Source of the DNA: Candidatus Pacearchaeota archaeon
GTDB taxonomy: Archaea > Nanobdellota > Nanobdellia > Pacearchaeales > GW2011-AR1
Length of the DNA stretch: 42,400 nt
NCBI GenBank assembly: GCA_016188895.1
Contig: JACPGZ010000041.1
Location: 1-42,400 of the forward strand
Reading direction: 5' to 3'
The notes beneath the pieces are model-generated. The model had not been told where the DNA came from. It saw only the letters and a program-made list of their open reading frames with translations, and made no database searches. Positions 35,573-42,400 of this stretch are shown here, piece by piece. The position numbers were made by a program, and so were the translations under genes. Numbering within the stretch: position 1 is the stretch's first letter; the number at the start of each line of letters is the position of its first letter.

Positions 35573-36215
35573 CATCTCTCCTATCTTTAATTTTCAATTT
35601 CTGCCTTAAATATTCAAAAAGCGGAGGAACAAATGATGCAAGTATAATAACAAGAATAACTAATGCCAGATTATCCTGGACAAATGGAATATTACCAAAA
35701 AAATATCCGCCAAAAAGGAAGATGCCCACCCATGCAATTCCTCCAACAACATTAAAACTTACAAACCTGCTATAACTCATTTTTCCAATTCCTGCAACAA
35801 AAGGCGCAAATGTCCTTATAATTGGAATAAATCTAGCAAGAATAATTGTCTTGCCGCCATGTTTTTCATAAAACCTGTTTGTTCTATCAAGATACTTTTT
35901 TTTCACCCATTTGCTATTTGATATTTTGTCGCCAAAATAATTGCCTATCCAATAATTTAGAGTATCCCCAAGGATGGCAGCAATACTAATCAAAATAAAC
36001 AGAACATACACATTTAGCAGATTTTTTGCTGCAATAGTGCCTGCAACAAAAATAAGCGAATCGCCAGGAAGAAAAGGCGTTACAACAACCCCTGTTTCCA
36101 GAAATATAATTAAAAATAAGATAAAATATGTAGCAATCCCATAATCCTGAACAATAATATTCAGATATTTATCAACATGCAGTACAATATCAATAACTTT
36201 TCCAGTTATGCTCAT
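35541..36215 (-). CDS. dedA: DedA-family membrane protein
   Basis: ETGVVVTPFLPGDSL, GDTLNYWIG, ARFIPIIRTFAPFVAG; probable start 36215. Confidence 0.93.
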   Translation of the reverse strand: MSITGKVIDIVLHVDKYLNIIVQDYGIATYFILFLIIFLETGVVVTPFLPGDSLIFVAGTIAAKNLLNVYVLFILISIAAILGDTLNYWIGNYFGDKISNSKWVKKKYLDRTNRFYEKHGGKTIILARFIPIIRTFAPFVAGIGKMSYSRFVSFNVVGGIAWVGIFLFGGYFFGNIPFVQDNLALVILVIILASFVPPLFEYLRQKLKIKDRRDAKGNLSLQQE

Positions 36216-36285
36216 TTTTTTAGATGAAAAACTAAGTTTATAAATAATAAGATAAATTTTTATATTGCCGTTGTATCCATTTTCT

Positions 36286-37302
36286 ATGGATTCGGAAAAG
36301 AGACTTGAGTTTATTAAAAGAAACACAATTGAGATAATAAGCGAAAAAGAATTAAATGAATTGCTGAAAAGCAAAAAGAAACCTGTTGCTTACCTTGGAA
36401 CAGCAATAACAGGCAGACCCCATATTGGTTATTTTATATGGGCATCAAAGCTCGCTGATTTTATAAAAGCAGGATTAAAGGTCAAACTCTTGTTAGCTGA
36501 CATTCATGGGGCTTTAGACAATACACCATGGAATGTTCTAGAAAAGCGCTATAAATATTACGAAAAAGTAATTCCACTGATGTTTAAGTCACTGAGTGCA
36601 AACACAAAAGAATTGCAAATTGTCAAAGGTTCTTCTTTTCAATTGAAAAAAGAATATATTTTGGATTTGCTTAAGATGGCGACCTTTATTTCAGTACATG
36701 ATGCGACAAAATCTGCATCAGAGATAGTGAAACTTGGTGATAATCCAAAATTAGGCGGATTAATTTATCCATTAATGCAGGCACTTGATGAGCAGTATCT
36801 TTCAGCTGATATTCAGTATGGAGGAATTGACCAAAGAAAGATATTTGTTTTTGCTCGTGAGTCTTTACCAAAAATAGGATACAAACCAAGGATAGAGATT
36901 ATGACTCCATTGCTTCCTGGAATAACAGGAAAGAAGATGAGTGCTTCTGATCCTTCATCTGTTATTGATTTGCTTGATGACGAATCAGCAGTGAATCATA
37001 AGATAAGTAATGCATATTGCATGGCAGGAGATACTGAAAATGGATTAATTGCATTCTTAGAGTATGTTTTATTTACATTGAAAAAAGACAAAGGCGATAA
37101 ACTTGTGATTGAAAGAGATAAGCAATATGGAGGCAATATAAACTTCAATGATATAGAATCATTAAAGCAAGCATTTAAAGAAAAGAAGCTTCATCCTCTT
37201 GACCTCAAAAAAGCAGTTGCGCGCGAAATAAATATATTGCTAAAACCAATGAGAGAGAAAGGCAATGAGCTGAAAAAGCTGACAAGCCAAGCTTACTCCT
37301 GA
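36286..37302 (+). CDS. tyrS: Tyrosine--tRNA ligase (archaeal type)
   Basis: HIGY, YPLMQALD, GGIDQRK, KMSAS, LHPLDLK; probable start 36286. Confidence 0.96.
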   Translation: MDSEKRLEFIKRNTIEIISEKELNELLKSKKKPVAYLGTAITGRPHIGYFIWASKLADFIKAGLKVKLLLADIHGALDNTPWNVLEKRYKYYEKVIPLMFKSLSANTKELQIVKGSSFQLKKEYILDLLKMATFISVHDATKSASEIVKLGDNPKLGGLIYPLMQALDEQYLSADIQYGGIDQRKIFVFARESLPKIGYKPRIEIMTPLLPGITGKKMSASDPSSVIDLLDDESAVNHKISNAYCMAGDTENGLIAFLEYVLFTLKKDKGDKLVIERDKQYGGNINFNDIESLKQAFKEKKLHPLDLKKAVAREINILLKPMREKGNELKKLTSQAYS

Positions 37303-37589
37303 TTTATCTGTATCTCATCTGCCACAATAATATCTTCATGAACTCTTCCAATAACTGTTATATTTTTATTAGAAAAATTCTGCAAAAATTCTGATAAAAT
37401 TGTAGAATTTCCAATTTTAAGCATAGAGTATTCCTTAAGGTTTTTCTGGCTTTTTACAATTCCATTAAGTTCAACATACTTTCCTTCATAATTCTTAAAT
37501 GATAATGATGGATTTTTTATATTTGCAAGATACAGAAGAAGCATTATGCCAAGCATTGAGATTGCTAAAAGCAAGGTTTTCATCCTCAC
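37293..37589 (-). CDS. Small membrane-anchored OB-fold-like protein
   Basis: N-terminal TM helix; GKYVELNGIV...ITVIGRV. Confidence 0.6.
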   Translation of the reverse strand: MRMKTLLLAISMLGIMLLLYLANIKNPSLSFKNYEGKYVELNGIVKSQKNLKEYSMLKIGNSTILSEFLQNFSNKNITVIGRVHEDIIVADEIQINQE

Positions 37590-39364
37590 ATCTCTTCCAG
37601 GGTTTTAATTCCAAGCAAGGCAAGAGCATTCTTAATTGTATGGCAAAACGCATTTATTAAGGCAAGTCTGAAAGATTCCTCTACACTTTCAATTACAGGA
37701 ACTAAGTGATAGAATTCATTAAAAATCTGCGCAAGCTCATATGCGTAATTGGCAAGCAAAGAAGGATAAAAACCCTTTAAAGCATCATCAACAATTGAAG
37801 GAAATAGAGCAATCTTTTTTGCAAGTTTTATTTCTGATTCATTCAAATCATGTATCGTTCTATCCAACTGCAATGCCTTCGTGCTATCCAATTCCGATGC
37901 CCTATGGAATGGGCTATGGAATGGACCTGTTCTCTGTGTCTCGCGATGCCCTATGCGTAATGGGCTTTTCTTTGACTTTCTTATTATAGAAGAAGCCCTT
38001 GCATAGCTGTATTGCAAATAAGGCCCTGTATTTCCTTCAAAACTGATAAATCTGTCAAGCTCAAATACAGCATCCCTTGTTCTCTCATTTTTCAAATCAC
38101 CGTAAATGATAGCTCCAATCCCGACAATTTCCGCAACTTTATCTTTATTCCTTAATCCAGGATTTTTCTCTTGTATTATATTAAATGCCTTTAATGTCGC
38201 TTCTTTCAATAAATTTTCCATTGCAAATATTTTTCCTTCTCTTGTTGCAAGCTTCTTTCCATTTTTGTCAAGGTACAATCCATGAGCAACATGCACGCAT
38301 TGTTTGCTCCATTTATATCCAGCAATTTCTAAAATCTTAAAAAGCTGCTTAAAATGCAGTGTCTGTTCCTTTCCTACTTCATAAATCATCTTATTGAATT
38401 TATATTTATTGTATCTGTCAATTGCAGCTGCAATATCTCTTGTTAAATAAAGCTTTGCGCCATCTTTTTTTCTTATTAAAGCTGCACCTAATCCATAGCT
38501 GTCTAAACCAACAATCAAAGCTCCTTCGCTTTCTTTAATAAGTCTTTTCTTCCTTAATTTATCAATAATCTTATTCGCAGATACTTCATAAAACGATTCG
38601 CCAGAATAATCATCAAAATCAATATCAAGAATTCCATATGTCTTCTTAAACTCCTTTATGCTAAGCTCTCTGAATCTCTTCCATAAGTTCAATGCTTCTT
38701 TGTTCCCGTCTTCAAGCTCCTTAAACCATGAGCGTGCTTCATCCTCCAAAGATTTATTAGTTTTTGCTTTTTCATGAAATTCAACATACAACTTCAGCAG
38801 ATAATCTATAGGATATTTTTTCAGCTCAGTTTCTTTTCCCCATCTTTTATAAGCAGCAATAAGCTTCCCAAACTGTGTTCCCCAGTCTCCAAGATAATTT
38901 ATCTTCACAACTTTGTATCCTTTGAAGCTAAATATCTTGCTCAATGAGTTGCCAATAATTGTTGAGCGAAGATGTCCTACAGAGAAAGTTTTTGCAATAT
39001 TCGGAGATGACATTTCTACCACAATAGTCTTGCCCTTTCCCTCATTTGATGAACCATATTTATCTTTCTCTTTAAGCACTTGCTTGATTGTATTTTCTGC
39101 TAATAATTTATTATTAAGAAAGAAATTTACATAAGGGCCATTTGCCTCAGCTCTTTCAAATTCTTTTGGCAATTTGTTCTGAATTTTTTTGACAATATCT
39201 CCAGCTATCTCACCCGGATTTTTTTTCTGGAGCTTTGCAAGAAAAAAGCAAGGGAATGCGTAATCACCTAAGTCATGGCTTGGCGGAATCTCAATAATGT
39301 TTTCAACATCTCCCTTTTCAAGGTGCATATATTTAGCTAAAAAAAGAGCTAATTTTTCCCTCAT
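37586..39364 (-). CDS. argS: Arginine--tRNA ligase with a repeat-derived in-frame insertion
   Basis: GDYAFPCF, SSPN....VGHLRS, GDWGTQFG, GNTGPYLQYSYAR, terminal EEM. Confidence 0.96.
   Translation of the reverse strand: MREKLALFLAKYMHLEKGDVENIIEIPPSHDLGDYAFPCFFLAKLQKKNPGEIAGDIVKKIQNKLPKEFERAEANGPYVNFFLNNKLLAENTIKQVLKEKDKYGSSNEGKGKTIVVEMSSPNIAKTFSVGHLRSTIIGNSLSKIFSFKGYKVVKINYLGDWGTQFGKLIAAYKRWGKETELKKYPIDYLLKLYVEFHEKAKTNKSLEDEARSWFKELEDGNKEALNLWKRFRELSIKEFKKTYGILDIDFDDYSGESFYEVSANKIIDKLRKKRLIKESEGALIVGLDSYGLGAALIRKKDGAKLYLTRDIAAAIDRYNKYKFNKMIYEVGKEQTLHFKQLFKILEIAGYKWSKQCVHVAHGLYLDKNGKKLATREGKIFAMENLLKEATLKAFNIIQEKNPGLRNKDKVAEIVGIGAIIYGDLKNERTRDAVFELDRFISFEGNTGPYLQYSYARASSIIRKSKKSPLRIGHRETQRTGPFHSPFHRASELDSTKALQLDRTIHDLNESEIKLAKKIALFPSIVDDALKGFYPSLLANYAYELAQIFNEFYHLVPVIESVEESFRLALINAFCHTIKNALALLGIKTLEEM
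37858..37969 (+). repeat. Dispersed hairpin repeat, composite cluster inside argS
   Basis: Units at 37893-37917 and 37942-37969, plus linker segments shared with 27393-27476. Confidence 0.85.
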
Positions 39365-39440
39365 ATTTTTATATTCAAGATTGCACTTAATAAAAGTATT
39401 GTTTCTAAAGATTTATAAATCATCATATTTCCAATCTATT

Positions 39441-39932
39441 ATGTTCAAGGTAAACATCTCTGGCAAAGGAAAGACATACCATTTTGAATATGATGGAGAG
39501 GCTGTTATAGGAAGAAAAATCGGCGAGATAGTAGATGGAACTGATTTTAGAGATGATTTTTCTGGATATGTATTTAAAATAACAGGCGCAAGTGACAAAG
39601 CTGGATTTCCATACTATACAGCACTTGAAGGGCAAGGATTACATCATGTTCTAGTCAGCTACAAAAAAGGAAAAAAAGTAAAGCAAAACAAAAGACTAAA
39701 ACCAAGAGGCGTAAGATTGAGAAAAACAATGAGAGGCAACACAATCAGCCCAGATACAATGCAGATTAATCTTATTGTAGAAAAAGAAGGAACAAAAAAG
39801 CTCGCAGAAATCTTCCCAGAACAGAACAAGCCGAAGGAGAAGAAAGCGCCTCAAGAAGTAAAAGCTGAAGAGAAGAAAGAGGATAAAACAGAGTTAAAAG
39901 AGGCAAAATCAGAAGAAGTATCAGCTCAATAA
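39441..39932 (+). CDS. rps6e: 30S ribosomal protein S6e
   Basis: IGRKIGE, ITGASDKAGFP, G.R.RKT.RGNTI...QIN; probable start 39441. Confidence 0.93.
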   Translation: MFKVNISGKGKTYHFEYDGEAVIGRKIGEIVDGTDFRDDFSGYVFKITGASDKAGFPYYTALEGQGLHHVLVSYKKGKKVKQNKRLKPRGVRLRKTMRGNTISPDTMQINLIVEKEGTKKLAEIFPEQNKPKEKKAPQEVKAEEKKEDKTELKEAKSEEVSAQ

Positions 39933-40478
39933 AAACCCCTTCTCAACAGCATCTTTTGCCATTTTTGTATCCATTCCCAAAACAAGGCAGAGGCTTTTCA
40001 TGTCATAGCTGTTTCTTAACTCGCTTTCGCTGTTTGCGAGTGTTGTCATAATCATCCTGACCTTATACTTCTTGCATAACATTATATTCTGCATCACCTT
40101 TGCAATATATTCTGCTCTTTCCTTACTTTCTCTTTTTATTATCTCGCTAAGATCTATTCCTATGGCTATATCATTCTCTTTTGCAATCCTGCACAAAACA
40201 TGATTCATTCCAGAGTTTCTTTGAAACAAACTTGAACCTTTATTAGTATTTTCAGGATTCAATAAAATATTAACTTTTTTATTTTCAAGAACCTTTCTGT
40301 TAAATTCTTCATCCCTTCCCTGAACAATAATTAATTTTTGGAGTTTAGATATTTTATCTATTTTTTTTCTTGCCTCTTCATAATTCTGCTCAACAATTAA
40401 ATTATTCCTAATAACAAGGCATTTATCAAAACCGAATTTTTTAGCATCAAGTTCTTTTCTTACTAGCTCAAGCACCAT
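39921..40478 (-). CDS. RNase P protein subunit Rpp30-like
   Basis: NRKVLE, SGMNHVLCRIAKENDIAIG, LCKKYKV, ELRNSYD. Confidence 0.85.
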   Translation of the reverse strand: MVLELVRKELDAKKFGFDKCLVIRNNLIVEQNYEEARKKIDKISKLQKLIIVQGRDEEFNRKVLENKKVNILLNPENTNKGSSLFQRNSGMNHVLCRIAKENDIAIGIDLSEIIKRESKERAEYIAKVMQNIMLCKKYKVRMIMTTLANSESELRNSYDMKSLCLVLGMDTKMAKDAVEKGFLLS

Positions 40479-40549
40479 ATATAAGTCTATACTATAAACT
40501 ATTAAACCTTTCTATAAGAATCAGAAAAATAAAAATTAAAAATCAGTTT

Positions 40550-40807
40550 TTATCCAAAGCCATGAACAGGGCATTTTCCGCATCCCCTCCATAACACCAT
40601 CTTTGCAACCAGCATTACTACAACACTAACTAAATACCATCCTAAAGCTCCCCATACAATTCCAGCTCCGTTAAGTTGCGCATTCAAACCAGCTCCAAAT
40701 AGATATAGTGCAATAACTGCAACAATTGCGCCCACAATTGTCAATCCCCAATTGCATGAACACTTGCCTCCAGATGATGACTCCATCATATCTTTTCCTT
40801 TCGCCAT
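40550..40807 (-). CDS. Small membrane protein with terminal Cys/His motifs
   Basis: Two TM helices, CSC and CGKCPVHG; SD GGAGGT. Confidence 0.7.
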   Translation of the reverse strand: MAKGKDMMESSSGGKCSCNWGLTIVGAIVAVIALYLFGAGLNAQLNGAGIVWGALGWYLVSVVVMLVAKMVLWRGCGKCPVHGFG

Positions 40808-40855
40808 CTTCTACCTCCTTTAATATTTATACATTGAAAATATAGTATTTAAAGG

Positions 40856-42037
40856 TTACCTCGTTACAATCTCAATTGCATCTAAATTCTGCAGAATATA
40901 ATCCTTTCCTACAGGTTTCTTTGTCTTTATATTGATGGCCTTAACAAAATTCTTGCCTAAATCAGTGTGAAGCTTGAATGCAAAATCTAAAGCAGTTGTG
41001 TTTGGAGGTATAAGATAGCAGTCAGGAAGTATATTTCCTTTGCTGTCAGCAAGCTTGTTTGTTCCAGCTGGAAAAACAGCAACATAATGCAGAAAATCAA
41101 ATACAGCTGAATTAAGCACTTGCTGAATTCCAGTTGAGCTGTATGTTTTTAGCACATTTTCTTTTATAAAATTCAAAGCCCTTTTTTGCTTTTCATTCGG
41201 CTTGCCTGTCACATGAAAATTATTGTTTCCTGGAAGGTAATCAATCAAGCTATGATTAACAGCTTCTCTTAATGCAAGCTCTGAATCTCCAGAGCACGGA
41301 ATAATTGCCAATTCAGGAAACTGCTCTTTCATATGCTCTATGTTCTCGTAAGACTCTGGCAAATCTGCTTTATTTGCAGCAATGATTATAGGCTTTGAGA
41401 TTTTTCTTATCTCTTTTACAAACTCAAGAATATGATTGTCATTCCAATGGGATACTTTCTCGCTGAGTTCAAGCCTTTTCATAACATCTTTTACATTATC
41501 ATCATTTATTTTCAATCCGCTTAATTGCTGTGCTATTTCATATGACAATGGCTTGCCAGCTGTTTGGGATTTTCTGGAAATTGAGTTCCAGTTCTTCTCA
41601 AGAATTCCAAAGAGCCACATCACAATTTCTTGCTCTAAAAATTCTATATCCTGGCAAGGATCATGCCCCTTTGCAGGATTCCCGTTGAAATCAGTTGTTC
41701 CAGATGCATCAACAACATGAATCAAGATATCAGCCTCTCTTAAATCATCTAAAAACTGATTGCCTTTACCCTTTCCTTTATGAGCCTCTGGAACCAAACC
41801 AGCAACATCTATAAGTTTGACAGGAACAAATCTCTCATGATTTCTGCAAAACCCTTCTCTTGGAGCGCATTGCACTTTGAAATAAGAATCAATGCAAGGA
41901 ATTCTAACATACCCAATTCCCTGGTTTGGCTCAATTGTTGTAAAAGGATAACTTGCAATTGCAACATCTGCAAGAGTGCATGCCTTAAAAAATGTTGATT
42001 TGCCACTCGAAGGCTTGCCAATAATCCCTATTAACAT
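40856..42037 (-). CDS. ychF: YchF/OBG-family ATPase (archaeal type)
   Basis: GKPSSGKST, YPFTTIEPN, DVAGL, NKAD, C-terminal TGS domain. Confidence 0.95.
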   Translation of the reverse strand: MLIGIIGKPSSGKSTFFKACTLADVAIASYPFTTIEPNQGIGYVRIPCIDSYFKVQCAPREGFCRNHERFVPVKLIDVAGLVPEAHKGKGKGNQFLDDLREADILIHVVDASGTTDFNGNPAKGHDPCQDIEFLEQEIVMWLFGILEKNWNSISRKSQTAGKPLSYEIAQQLSGLKINDDNVKDVMKRLELSEKVSHWNDNHILEFVKEIRKISKPIIIAANKADLPESYENIEHMKEQFPELAIIPCSGDSELALREAVNHSLIDYLPGNNNFHVTGKPNEKQKRALNFIKENVLKTYSSTGIQQVLNSAVFDFLHYVAVFPAGTNKLADSKGNILPDCYLIPPNTTALDFAFKLHTDLGKNFVKAINIKTKKPVGKDYILQNLDAIEIVTR

Positions 42038-42122
42038 AAAACTCTGACATTGTGAGAGATTATAAAATTATCTTTAGTAAAAAAGTAAGAAAAAATAAAA
42101 AAGAAAAAGTTAATTAATTTTA

Positions 42123-42218
42123 TTATTCTTCATCACCTGTATCTTCTTCAGCGTCTTCATCTATATCGCTGTCATCATCCATTTCTTCTTCCTCAGCTTT
42201 TTTTGCTTTGTGTTTCAT
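42123..42218 (-). CDS. 31-aa acidic peptide
   Basis: MKHKAKKAEEEEMDDDSDIDEDAEEDTGDEE*; TTTTAAAT box upstream. Confidence 0.4.
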   Translation of the reverse strand: MKHKAKKAEEEEMDDDSDIDEDAEEDTGDEE

Positions 42219-42276
42219 TCAAGCACTATTTTATTATGATTTAAAAACTTTTGGTTTTCAATGCTGTGTTGCATGA

Positions 42277-42399
42277 TTAATGCAACATAGACTGTTTAAT
42301 GTCTATATCAAATGATTTTAAGCGTGCTTTATACTTCCGTAGTAAGCGTTTTACCTTTTTTCCATTAGTATCTCTCACAATAATAACTCCTTTAGAAGG
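42277..42399 (-). CDS. 3' end of a hypothetical protein running off the window
   Basis: PSKGVIIVRDTNGKKVKRLLRKYKARLKSFDIDIKQSMLH*. Confidence 0.5.
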   Translation of the reverse strand, partial: PSKGVIIVRDTNGKKVKRLLRKYKARLKSFDIDIKQSMLH

Positions 42400-42400
42400 T

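Noticed and set aside
1-42400. Alternative genetic code or rRNA genes
   Set aside because: Core genes translate full-length with standard stops, including TGA, and no rRNA-like sequence is seen.

Overview
AT-rich chromosome segment with archaeal signatures: TATA/BRE promoters, intron-containing tRNAs, eS6, Rpp30, Nop10-like, archaeal TyrRS and YchF. The gene content and style suggest a DPANN lineage (Pacearchaeota/Woesearchaeota-like; inference). Housekeeping genes flank two accessory regions. (1) A ~16.2 kb GC-richer island is integrated at the 3' end of tRNA-Asp and bounded by a 14-bp direct repeat (2534-2547 / 18695-18708). It carries a tyrosine integrase, three toxin-antitoxin pairs, an ImmA/IrrE-GuaA operon and several truncated bacterial-type genes. 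It also contains an exact 1471-bp inversion that splits both ardC and a dockerin-bearing secreted protein. (2) A defence-like region at ~28.1-35.2 kb holds the most striking feature. A Type IIG restriction-modification gene is followed by four unrelated genes, each bounded by a copy of the 24-bp end of the R-M gene (encoding [IV][VI]EESL[KN]-stop). Four of the five copies also carry a purine-rich RBS-like sequence and the start codon of the next gene, giving a cassette-array-like organisation with no adjacent integrase. Other notable items are a caspase-like three-gene module, an RNase H-like pseudogene with a convergent structured RNA, an intein in an EndoQ-family gene, an initiator tRNA with a D-loop intron and C33, and a dispersed hairpin repeat inserted in-frame in argS. 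All functional calls come from motif reading; no database searches were run.
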